DNA of 64,000 nt, taken from the NCBI RefSeq assembly GCF_009914755.1, contig NC_060947.1; one strand, given 5' to 3'. The number at the start of each line of letters is the position of its first letter. Positions within the stretch are counted from its first letter, which is position 1. A program made the position numbers and the translations under genes. The DNA is from the human T2T-CHM13v2.0 reference genome, Homo sapiens. This document shows positions 1 through 12,462 of the stretch, piece by piece. The notes below the pieces were generated by a model. It saw nothing but the letters and a program-made list of their open reading frames with translations. It did not search any database and was not told the origin of the DNA.

Positions 1-220
1 CAATAGCTCTGCTCGATTACTTCTGTTAAAGCAGGCACATTGCACAATAGTTATATATAAATGTGTTAGCTATATACAGATTTAGAATTCACTTACACAA
101 TGGAAAGGTACATATATATTGTTACCTCCTTCACTGAAATAATGTTTTGCCACTTTGTCCCAGTATCATCCTTTTTTAAAAACTTCTAAGCTCATTTTAA
201 ATATAGAATATGTTTACTGG

Positions 221-286
221 GTGTGTGTATATGTATGTGTGTGTGTGTGTGCGCGCGCGCGCGTGTGTGTGTTTGTGTGTACGTGT
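221..286. repeat. Compound (GT)n/(GC)6 microsatellite
   Basis: gtgtgtgtatatgtatgtgt...gcgcgcgcgcgcgtgtgtgt; uninterrupted purine-pyrimidine alternation over 221-272. Confidence 0.95.
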
Positions 287-834
287 TGAGGACATGAATT
301 GGCATACAGAGTGTAATAGGATAGTAGTAACACATGAATAAATGCTCTGTTTTCCCTGTTTGATGCCAAGAAGGTAGCCAAAACCATAATCAATAAAGAA
401 ATGAACAAGTATCCAGAGGAAAATCACCCTTCAAAAACTTTAGTTCTGAAAATCTAGATTCATATTAAGGATTGATATATTGTCCCAACTGAACAGGCTA
501 TTGGGATATGGGAGTTAAGATTCGGGGACAGTGGAAATTTGCAATCAGTCAGATTAAAGAGAGGTTTAATGAGCTTCCTCAAACACAGGGAAAGGGATGA
601 AGTTGTGAAGGCCAACATCCTACTCCCTTTACAGAGTTTCCAAATGTTGTGCTGAGACAACCTACTTAAATGGCTGTAGAGGCCAGATACCAAGCACAGA
701 GCATCATCAGCAAAACCTTCCGTGTTCAAGCAAGGCAGGGCATTGTGGACAAGCTGTCCTTTATGTAGTCATGTTTACTTGGCTATTAAGCATATCAGCT
801 ATGACCAAAATGCACTGAAAACCAGGACACTTAC

Positions 835-966
835 AGTATTCTGGACTCTACCTGGCCCTTTGGAATGGAAGTGGGAAGAAGTAGAAGAATGCAAAATGTT
901 ACGGAGATTGAATTTCTCACCAGTCAGATTGTTGGGGTTACTAGTTGCTGCAGGAAAAGATTCATC
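835..966 (-). other. DMD: Latent DMD intron-2 pseudoexon (132 nt; 46-nt variant 921-966); acceptor is TG, not AG, in this sequence
   Basis: Minus strand reads tttccttgtttctctacatTG|GATGAA..., with donors GTGAGA (from 920) and GTAAGT (from 834). The 46 and 132 nt lengths match my recollection of the pseudoexons reported for c.93+5590T>A. Confidence 0.75.
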
Positions 967-1411
967 CAATGTAGAGAAACAAGGAAATATGGCTTATTAC
1001 AAACTAGGTTATAGAATCAAAATTCATGTGCATTTCAATAGCATCATGAAATTATGGAGTTAGGAACACAATGATTACAATTAAAATGTCATGTTCTCAA
1101 GAAGACCAGGTAACATCATGGAAAAGAATAGAAGTAAATAAGAAGGAGAGATTCAGTAGAAAAAAATTCATAAATATATGCATTTTTCAATTCAGAAAAT
1201 ACATTACATAATGACAAAAATGGGAATATTTTGTGTTTACTATTTATAATGCCCTTTTATTATATGTTTTGTTACAAGTAGGCAAGAACATATAAGAAAA
1301 ATAAGACTCAGAGAATTTCAATTTTATATTCACCTTTCTTTTCAAATAAATTAAAGTATGGATATAACGTTTTCTCCTAAGGTAGAGAGTAGTGTGAAGA
1401 AGCCTGCTTTA

Positions 1412-2087
1412 TCAAAAAATAACGTGCTGGTGGGGCTGCGGAGAAAATGGAACACTTATACACTGTTGGTGGGAGTGTAAATGAGTTAAACCATTGTGGA
1501 AGTCAGTGTAGTGATTCCTCAAAGAGCTAAAAACAGAACTACCATTCAACCTAGCAATCCCATTACTGGGCATGTACCCAGAGAAATATAAATCATTCTA
1601 TTATAAAGACGCGCATACATATGTTCATTGCAGCACTATTTACAATAGCAAAGACGTGGAATCAACTCAAATGCCCGTCAATGATAGACTGGACCAAGAA
1701 AATGTGGTACATATACACCATGGAATACTATGTAGCCATAAGAAAGAATGAGATCATGTCCTTTGCAGGGACGTGGATGGAGTTGGAGGCCATTATCCTT
1801 AGCAAAATGATGCAGGAACAGAAAACCAAGTACTGCATGTTCTCACTTATAGGTGGGAGCTAAATGATGAGAACACACGGACACATAGAGGGGAACAACA
1901 CACACTGGAGCTTATCGGAAGGTGGAGGGTGGGAGGAGGGAGAGGATCAGGAAAAATAATTAATGGGTACTAGGCCTAATATCTGGGTGATGAAATAATC
2001 TGTACAACCAACCCCCGTGACACAAGTTTACCTATATAACAAACGTGCACATGTACCCCTGAACTTAAAATAAAAGTTAAAAAAAGA
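1412..2087 (+). mobile_element. 5'-truncated LINE-1 (ORF2 C-terminus and 3'UTR), older L1PA (about L1PA13-16)
   Basis: ORF 1621-1863 (MFIAALFTIAKTWNQ...) is the L1 ORF2 end. The 3'UTR ends ...cctgaacttaaaataaaagttaaaaaaa. Degenerate TSD aagcctgcttta (1400-1411) / aagcctacctta (2088-2099). Confidence 0.9.
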
Positions 2088-2293
2088 AAGCCTACCTTAC
2101 TGACTCAAAAGTTTAGTGTTAATTTACCCTACATCATGCTTATCATGCTGGCTAAAAGGTAAATTAAAAAGAAATCTTGCAAGAAGTATGTCATATCAAT
2201 TTATTTTATCACATGATATTGCCCAAAGAGGGTGAGTCCTGGATTTTTAATGTGGACATATATGTTGCGGCAATGAAGAGGTAAATGAACTAT

Positions 2294-2953
2294 TGTGGCA
2301 GGCCAGGTCTCACTAATGCAGGCCTCCACAACAACTGTTTCAGCACTGACTGAGTGGTAAAGTTACATATTAAAAGCTGATAGAGCCAGCGCCCTTAAAC
2401 AAAGGCTGGACGGTAACAAAAGCCCACCAAGAGTTTTGCCCAGGCCTTTCCTGGGCCTTGAAGCATGACAAGATAATGAAGGAATTCTTAACAGGACCCT
2501 TTTAGAATTAAAAAAGCTTTATTGGGGGTCTGAAGAAACTCCCCAGGACTCCACAAACAAGTTTACTGGGCATCTGAAGGAACTCCCCCAAACTCCATGA
2601 TTTAGCCGGAGATAAGATAAGGGTAATCATCCCAGCACCTGGACCCATTTAGATAAAGTAAATTTACTGAGGCTCCAGAGGAAGGTCTTCAGGAATCAGA
2701 TCTTAGTTACAGATTAGAAGAAGTTAATCATTTATGTCTTTAGATGGATACACACTTACATGTAGACATACAGCGTAGAAGGTATATAAGCTCTGGAAAA
2801 CTTTATAGTTTTGAGTTGGTCTGGGGATAATTTCCCGGTCTTCTCCCTGTAACCACTTACAGAAATAAAAACTCCCTCCTTTTCCCGTTCATCTGCATCT
2901 CGTTATTGGGCCACAAGAATAAGCAGCCCAATCCTCAGTTTGGTCCAGGAACA
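2294..2953 (+). mobile_element. ERV1 solo LTR, MER39-like
   Basis: TG...CA termini, 4-bp TSD ctat (2290-2293 / 2954-2957), AATAAA near the 3' end; start TGTGGCAGGCCAGGTCTCACTAA matches recalled MER39. Confidence 0.8.
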
Positions 2954-5900
2954 CTATCATATCATGGGCCTTTGTGAAGACATTAGACAAAACTAATTAT
3001 GCATTTCTACTTCATTTAAGTCAAACATGCATACTATGTTGGAAAAAAATCAGACAGAAGAGTGAGTATGGAAATAAAGATGATTACTAAATTCAGTATA
3101 GGATCAAAACCATCATATCACTCATTGGGAGATAGTTTATCTCTCTCAATTGAGCTGGCAGTAAATATTTTTTCCCATAAAATTTTTTCTCAAACACAAA
3201 CATCAAGCACATTTTATGACAAAATTATTTTTGGTCATGTTTTCAAAACTGTACTTCCCTTTATTAAGCCGGCATGGATGAGCAAGATTTTTATAATGCG
3301 AATCATATTTGTCATAGAGTATACACGAGGCTTTTTAAAGGATTATAACATATCAATAAATTACATGGAAAGAATATTTACTCTGAATTAATCTTATCTA
3401 GAAATGGTTTTGTGTTTATGTGGAGATAAATATTGTTCAGTTATCTCTATATAATAGATGTGATAAATCACATTCTAGTAGAATTTTTTGGAATCAAAGT
3501 TAATAGAAGACTTATTTTAAAAAGAGATAGGGCTTATTTTTAAAATGGTACCAGGCAAGTGGAAAATCAGTTAGATTTACTGCAAAGACACATTTGGCTT
3601 CAAATGACGCCACAACAACAAGGATACATTTAATCACATTTATTTCCTTTAAATATCCCTTCCGTAGCTTTACAAAATAACAAGGAAATATTTTGTTGTC
3701 TCTCTATAATTTACAAATATTATATAAATGTGTGTATAAAAGGCAATGAAAAATTATCATCTGTCTGTGTGGTAAAGTAGACACAGATAGACATTAATAC
3801 GACTATAAAAATGAATATGAGTTAGATTTATTAGTGAGGCATTTTTATAGTTGTATGAATGTGTGTGTGCCTGTGTCTAATTTACCACACAGACAGAATT
3901 TTTCATTCTCTTTTTTTCTCTTTTTAAAGTCTTCTTCAACACAATTTTTCCACCCAGTTTTTCTTCTGTTTCTACAGTTAGCATAGATTTAATGATTTGT
4001 ACTACTGACCTAGTATATTTATTATATTTATATAGTGTACTAGTAATAAACAATGAGATTATATAGAAGATATACATTCCTGCCTTTGATGGGCTCACAT
4101 TTTAGAGCTTTCTTCATAAAGGTTACCAGATTCCCTCTAGCTCAGATTACTGCCTTCTCAGACCACCCACACTGAGCCCACTCAGTTCTAACTCCATTTA
4201 TCAATTAACCAAAAACTCCCTAATAACTGTGTAGGTTCCATGAGTTCAGGAGATTCCACTTCAACTAATCTGTGTATCCTACAGGGCTAGAATTCTGCTG
4301 AAAGGCATGCAGCGATGCAATAAATTGCCAAATGATATATATATCACAATTATGTTTATCTTTTGGTTTCACCAAGTGGCTTAAACTGAATCAACTAGCT
4401 TCCTCTAAATTCCCATCTTCTTCAAAAGTGTCTAAAAGAATGCAGTCACTTAGCTAAGTTTTGACAGAAAAGAATAAGAAAAGAGGAAAAAGATTCTTTG
4501 CAAGTTCTCAAAATTAGAAGTTAGTGCACAGGTATATATACATTTTACCTTTAAATAAGTTTTCTCCTCTGTCTTTGTAAACTTTTATTTCTATTCCTGA
4601 CACCTAGGATATGCTTGATAATAGCATTTCTGTACTTGAAAGAATGGTGACTCTCCTGATCAGTTATAACAGACTTAGGGAGAACATTTGTAATATAAAT
4701 GAAAAGTGTGAGTTGAGTTAGAGGATGCAAATATTTTGGAAGAAAACAATAAATGTGCTCATATATGTGAATATTTTACAGTTTTAAGATATGGGCATTC
4801 ATAAGGACAGAAAAAAATATACCGAATTGCTCTGAGGCAGTGCTAACAATATATAAATAGAGGATGGATTGGATATCAAGCTTTGATTTCTATATTAACA
4901 GGTGAGTTGTGATAAATGATAATGGAAAAGGTTAATGCACAGAGCGAAGATCTATTTCAACTTGCGGGAATGAGGATACACAGTACTTGTCATGTTTACA
5001 CACCTTTTAAAAATTACTCTAGTTCAATTCAAAGATTCAGAGTATTGTTACATTTACTATTTCAGAAAATTTCTTCACAATTCTGATTTGTCTGTATGTT
5101 TGTTTGAAAATATGTCTCTTGTCTGCTTCAGAATTCCAAAACTTAAAAATGTCAATGATGCCAGTATATACAGCAATTAAACTAGATATAACCATCTTAT
5201 AAATATTCGGAGAATTATGAATAACTTTCCTAAATATCCTAGGTTTACTTTTTATTTATTCTTCTATATTTGTGTTGTTACATTTTCTTTCACTTAGCTA
5301 AAAAAAGTTGAGGATTTAAAAAACGTTTTTAAAATACATGTTTCTGTTTACGTCTGTAATAGAAATTTGTTCATTATTCAGCAAGTAAATAAAATGAACT
5401 TTTATTAGTTAAAATTCAGTAAGTTAAATTAAAGAGTACATGGCAACATTCTACTACCAAATACCACAAAGAATAGACGATATTCTAAAAATGTTTGTCA
5501 TAGAAAAGGGAGAACTTTTGAGATTGGATCTCCTAGTGGATTGTTTTGGCTCCATTATCATGAATTTTACAAAATCAGACCCATAGAGGGAGTAATTCAT
5601 AGCTATTAAGAGTTTCAGGCATTTTAGTAGAAATTTTCACTTTTAGTGACTCTTTAAATCATTACAATAAGAAACAAAATATCCACTATCAAAACTATGC
5701 CACTCTTAAAGCCTTGGGTTTAAGGGCCATATTTTATTAGCTTTATTTTTCCATTATCTAGATTTGATGTCTCAATTAAGCAATCAATATATACATATAC
5801 AAACATTCATGATGGAAACATAAGAAAACCGACTCACCAAACATTTGATTGATTTACCCAAATCGAGAATAATAATTAAAATGCAAGTCTTTTAAACTTT

Positions 5901-6545
5901 GACATCCCAATAAACCTCCATATATTGCATTCCTAATACTAGTTTTCAAGGTAAGAATATCTTGCTCTGTGTCCACCTATAATCATCTAGAGTCACGCTA
6001 TTGATTAAAAATTGAGTTGTATTTGCAAATTAAGTAAATATTAAGAGTATGGATTGAAGCCTGCACAAAAACAAGATGAACTTATTGTCTTTAATCATTT
6101 GAAATATGCTCTAAACTATAGTGGCTGAATACACCCAAAGCAATTATATTGCTTTTCTTGAACTTGGTAAAGACCAAGAGGGACAAAAAAATGATAATTT
6201 TCACAACAAAATTCCCTCATATCTTCTTCTGCTGGGTGACATTTTCTAGCTACTTGATGGAAGATTGCAGCTATAAACTCTGAGGACTCATGTCATTAAA
6301 GAAACTCACATTGTCAAGAAGAATCAAAGATATACATTTTATATAATTAAATAGTGTATCTTTGCCATATCTTCTGCTGCTTACTCCTTAAATAAGAGTG
6401 AACATAATATTTCCAGATTTGCACAGCTAAAATAAAATGACACTATGAGAGAAATAAAACGGATTTTTAAGATACACAGGTACATAGTCCATTTTGAAAA
6501 TTTCACAACTTAGATCTTAAAAGTAAAGTAACAAACCATTCTTAC

Positions 6546-6607
6546 CTTAGAAAATTGTGCATTTACCCATTTTGTGAATGTTTTCTTTTGAACATCTTCT
6601 CTTTCAT
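6546..6607 (-). CDS. DMD: Dystrophin exon 2 (62 bp, c.32-93), start of the N-terminal actin-binding CH1 domain
   Basis: Reverse complement is ttttgcattttag|ATGAAAGAGAAGATGTTCAAAAGAAAACATTCACAAAATGGGTAAATGCACAATTTTCTAAG|gtaag, encoding (Y)EREDVQKKTFTKWVNAQFSK. Canonical AG/GT sites; too short for the ORF track. Confidence 0.98.
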
Positions 6608-6640
6608 CTAAAATGCAAAATAAAAAAATAAAAGTTAGGA
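6608..6640 (-). promoter_or_regulatory. DMD: Exon 2 3' splice region: U-rich tract and candidate branch point CTAAC (A at -28)
   Basis: Minus strand ttcCTAACttttatttttttattttgcattttag; branch A corresponds to position 6635. Confidence 0.7.
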
Positions 6641-6668
6641 AGCAACTTTAAATATAATTCATATTTTA

Positions 6669-7178
<510 letters not shown>

Positions 7179-10100
7179 TTATTCGCCAGTTTTGAATAGA
7201 TACTCCAGTATAATTAAAAGAAACTCTCAGCTGTCATTTACTCCGAAAAACTATTTCGGAGCCTTTCCCCATGCCATCCACCCAACCATGGAGAAATGAT
7301 TATTCCTTCCTTTGCAGCATCTACATACTCTAACATGGGCCTGATCTCACTATGGAAGAGGTTTCCTGATGAGCAGGAGCATGGTTTAGTTATCTTTGCT
7401 TCCCAGAACTTAGCACACTGTCTGAACAAATTAAGAGCTCAGAAAATACATCTGACAAATACGTGCATGCTTTAAGGAAGGGGAGATTCTACAACTCTAA
7501 AATTTCTAGGACCTCTTTTCATCTAAAAGTCAGAACATTTCAAATAAAAATGCAAATGATACTCTTCATGCCTTACATATAAATACTCAAAGAAAAAAGT
7601 CCCCAAAGATTTATACTAAGGGATTAGGGAGAAAAATTATTAAAAAACAGCTTCACTGAATTCATGCTTCTACAAATGATCTTTTTGCCCCTAAACTGGA
7701 AATTAGTATTAAGTCAAATGGACAGAAAAATCATCAATCTTGATATATTAAAATGTTTTTCTCCAAGCAAAAGACTATTTTTTAATTATTGTAAATATAA
7801 TCATATTAGTTAATGTTCAGTAAATGAATGCATCTGAGAGATATTTAAAATTGATAAATTTTATATTTTATCTACTTGGATTAAAAGAACCGTTATTAAA
7901 ATGCCCTTTACAAAGTAATCATATTTGCTCTCATATATTTTTCAGTAGTAAATCTCCGTTGCTTCTCTTAAAAACATAAGGAATCACTTTCGCATAACAA
8001 ATATATGCATGCACCAAAAATATCTGTTTATCTTTAAATCACAATACTAATCTATAAGTAGATTCCTTTAATCAATATGAGAAATAACAGTGAATAAATA
8101 AATTTCAAACTGTCATCTTAGGTGAGAAATTTTATTTAGCATTACAAAATACATTTTTCTTATTTAATTATGTTATTCACACAAGCTTCTATATGTATGT
8201 TCAATATCAACATTATTCATATGGTATATGATAAATCTTAGCTACAATATGGAAGTATTTCCTTTGTTGACAAGGGTGAATAAATAAAAACAGATAGTAA
8301 TAGTTTTCAAACCTATTCTAGCCTCCTTCAAATCTTTACTTTCATAAAATTAATACTAGCCCTTCCAAAATAATTTTAAAAAGAAATGGAACATTTCAAA
8401 TGGTCAAAATTAAACCATCTTCATAGACTTTCTGGAGGAAGATTGGTCAACGCATCATTTATCAGTAGTATATACATATATTCCTAAAAGTAAATGACCT
8501 TATTTGCAATTCCACTTATATTTCCTACATGTGCATGCGTACTTTCTGTCAGAAAGCAGAGAGTAAATGAGTCAGTTGAAAGCATACATTCAGATGTCTT
8601 TGAAACATACCCAAAACCCTCTGCCAAAAGCTCAATATGAGGTCTTTTGAAGTGATTTAATCTAGAGGCTTTTAAGTGAAAAATACGTAGTAGAATAAAA
8701 TTTTTATTCTTTTCAATTATATGGACAAGGAGTAATTTTTAGGTAAGCATCGAAGGCAGCACGAAAACCTTGACATTATGTGCAAAGTGTTACTTATTTA
8801 CTGTGTAAATAACACTAAATGTGAGCTTCAACATATAAACATCTTTGCTAGTTGTCCTCTCTCACCTCTACGTCTTTAATACAAGAAAAATGTCTTCAAT
8901 GAATTATTGTCTTATTTTGGTATAGTAGCATATATTTTCTTCAACATAATAATTATTAATACAATTAATTGTATTATTATTATAAAATACATAACAATTC
9001 TTAGTGCCTTACTATTCATAAGTTTGTTTTAATTATGTCTTCTCAATCTGTATGTAATTTACTACTTTATACATAAACACAAGCTGAGAAGGAATAAAGC
9101 TATTAAGTGACAGAAATGAACTTGATACAGATTTTCTGAATCAAAGTCCATGGCTTTTCACATTGACCAGATATCTATCATTTACATTATAATTGCATAA
9201 TTAACAATACAGAATACCATAAGATAATCAGAGTCACAAAAGGTGAACATATTAACGCAAATGCAAAACAACCATGAAATCAGAGCTTCTATTTTGAACA
9301 ACTCAAGGAGGTTCCATGTATGTTGTAACCTATGTGAATAGCGTCCTGGAATTTGGCAATGCATAACTTATTTGTCTGTATGAACTGATCTAGAACTGAA
9401 TAATGAGCCTTCTTTAATGGTGCTGGATGATATGGTTGTTAATACTTCAAATAATAATGCTTTTACATTTACTAATTGATATTTGGTATTTCAATTTTCG
9501 TCTTATATATCATTATGGAAACATTTTAACATCTAAAAATCAATCAAAATTTTTGTGTCCACACTTTTAAATTCCCCGTAAATACATATTTCTTATAACC
9601 AAAATAATATTCTTTCTTTTTCACTTATTTTATCATAAATCTCATATAAGCTGCTCTTTCCTTTTGTTTGCTATTAGAGACTAAATCACAATAAACATGC
9701 TCATGCACTCACTTCTTTTTTGTTTTTATAATTGTCTTCGAATAAATTATCAGTTCAACATTATGAAAACCTTTATGACTTTTGCTAAATATCTTTATAA
9801 TACTTTCCAAGTGATCACACCCACTTCTACTGGTAGCAGAAAGAATGAGGTTGGGAATTATCATCTCAGCCGCAGGTATGTCATTCATAGGAGTTTCGTT
9901 GCTTTAGTCTTTTAAGGTATTGCTGCTTTGTTTAGATGTAAGGAGATCCTTGATGTTTGCTTTAATCATAATTAATTTGATTACTAATGAAGTAGAAGAT
10001 GTTTCATGCATTTATTTATTCTGCATGTTCCTATTTTTGTCAAAATACTTGTTTACATCCTGGCTCATTTATCTATTGAGCATTTAATATTTTAAAATTA

Positions 10101-11199
10101 ATTGGAATGAGATAATTATATATTGGTAATTCTTAAACATTTCAAGTCATGGGCTCCATTTGATTATCTGATGAAAATAATGAACCTTCTCTATAGAAAA
10201 ATGTCTACACATACATATTTGCATATAGTTTCATAGAGTTCACTGACCTCCTTGCAGAAAACTCCTATAACCATAAAATCCAAGTTAACGATCAAAATTA
10301 AGCTACTCACTTTTAGTCAGTGAATGGACATATTTTCCCAAGTGGTCATATGCCTTTTAATTTTTATTTTAGTATGCTAAAATTTTATACGTATTTACTT
10401 GAATTGATATATTTTTATTGCTATTTGTCATATTGCTTAAAAGTTGACTATTTTAAGCTGTATACCCTTAGTTAACCTAAAGCCACCATACATACACATC
10501 ACACATATATAAATTGTTCTAGAAACTATTTTGATACGTTAACATGATGTCTATTTCTGTAGTCACATAGTCTATAGTAAAACATATTAATGTGCAATCA
10601 GCAACAAAGCAAATGAGAAAAGAATAAAGTGATAGCTGTTTTATTACAAAATGATTATATGCTCCTGTTTAGTCATTTCAAGCAGCACATATTCTATTTC
10701 ATTTCCTTTAGGGTTTGTTTATAACTGATTTTATTTTACTAATAAAAACATGCATGTGCATATTAATATGAGAGGCAAAGAAGAAAATCTCTCTTAGGAA
10801 AATTTACTTGAAAACTGTTCCCTGGAGATGTCAAGAAGTGAAGAACCACTACTTCATAAATTGCAAAAACTGACCAACGTTTTATTTTATTCTCTCTACG
10901 GGGAAATCCCATATAAAATTAGCTTTCTAACATGACATAAAAATTGTATTTCCTCTCAGTAATCTTTAACCCCTTCTAATAAAGTTATTTTTATTCAGTA
11001 TATGTGGCCTTTCATATTTTTTAAGATTAGTACAATGAACTTTTACCCTGTTATTAACTTTTATATTCCTTAGTCCCTCAGGAATATAAATGTGGGATAT
11101 ATTAAATTGCAATATTCTTGATTCACAAGAGCAAGTTACTGCAGAAGAATGATACTGGGCAAACTGAGGGAACATTAAATCTGTGGAACTGGCTTCCAG

Positions 11200-11830
11200 T
11201 GGCTTTGCAGGACTTATTAGAATTGTGGCCTTAAAATTGCCAAGCCTTAGCGTCTTTAACTGTGAAATGAGAATATTAATTGCTCTTTAACTCATGGAGC
11301 TATTGACAGGATATAATGAGATCATTTACTCGTGTAATAATTTATAAAATAAATATTTACAGAATGCTTACTATGACCTGGACATTGCACTAGTTACTGA
11401 AAATATAAACAAGATTCAGTCTGGGAGAGCTCTTAGCCTAGTAGATAATAGACACATCATAGATAAATATGAAACATTTTGCATAAACAAAAATATATAT
11501 AAATTTAAAGCGTATTATAGGAGCATGGAGAAAGGAATATGTAGCCACATGGGTGTTAGAAAAGATATTTTGGAGAAGGTAATGGGTAGGTTGAGTTCAG
11601 AAGGATGAGAGAAAGTAAAGAAGGAATAAAGGTAGGAGGAGGATAAAGATGAATCTCACTGAGCAGACAGTAAGGACAAGGACAGAGTGATAAGAAACTG
11701 AAAGTACACGCTCATTCATTATGCAATTCTGTTTTGTTGCACTCTAAAATGTGAGAAAGGGAGTGGCATGGAATGAAATTGCAATGAGAGTTAGGAGCGA
11801 GATGCTGGAGAGCCTCCTTAAGACCTCTTC
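11200..11830. mobile_element. Degraded MIR followed by an L2 fragment
   Basis: MIR-like core ctgtgaaatgagaatattaa; L2-like aaatatttacagaatgcttactatg...ggacattgcactag. Boundaries approximate. Confidence 0.5.
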
Positions 11831-11971
11831 TCTGCCATCAGATAAACAATGTAAGTGAAAGCATTTAAAAACTGGGGGAAAAAAAAAAAAACAGAAAAAC
11901 AGTTCTATAAACACTAACAATTATTCCCATTACACAAAGCAATTAACCATAATCTGTACAAGAAAATAAAA

Positions 11972-12266
11972 TTTTTTTGACACAAGGTCTCGCTCTGTTC
12001 CCCAGGCTGGAGTGCATTGGAACCATCACAGCTCACTGTAACTTCAGACCCCTGGGCTCAAGCAATTCTCTCACCTCTGCCTCCTCAGTAGCTAGGACTC
12101 TAGGCACACATCACCACATCTGTCTAATTTTTAATTTTTTTTCTTTTGTAAAGATGGGGTCTCCCCATGTTGCCCAGGCTGGTCTCAAACTCCTGGACTC
12201 CATCAATCCTTCTGTCTCAGCCTCCCAAAGTGCTAGGACTACAGGCATGAGCCACCACATTCGGCC
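11972..12266 (-). mobile_element. AluJ
   Basis: Reverse-complement Alu ending ...gagccaccacattcggcc; highly diverged, with J-type cctgggctcaagcaattctc. Confidence 0.92.
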
Positions 12267-12462
12267 TAGAAAAACATTTTTTAAATGATATTTCCTTGGG
12301 GGCTAGTTAATATGTTAATTGAAGATCTTCATCCCTAATGTGACACAGAAAATGTATCTTTAAAAGGGGAAGGGAATATTAAAGTTGATACCAGTTTAGA
12401 AACTCACGTAGTGAAGAAATGCAATGGGATGAGTTAATTTCACTTAAAGAAAGAACTATGAA

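Larger units (their letters stand above)
1..6545 (-). other. DMD: DMD intron 2 (5' portion; continues beyond the left edge)
   Basis: Begins at the donor GTAAG (reverse complement of cttac 6541-6545) directly after exon 2. Confidence 0.93.

Noticed and set aside
722-1063. 113-aa plus-strand ORF containing WEEVEEC, resembling the dystrophin N-terminus
   Set aside because: Wrong strand for DMD, GTG start, and similarity limited to about 7 codons; kept only as a nucleotide-level antisense match.
1621-1863. 80-aa ORF
   Set aside because: C-terminal remnant of L1 ORF2 in a 5'-truncated element, not a gene.
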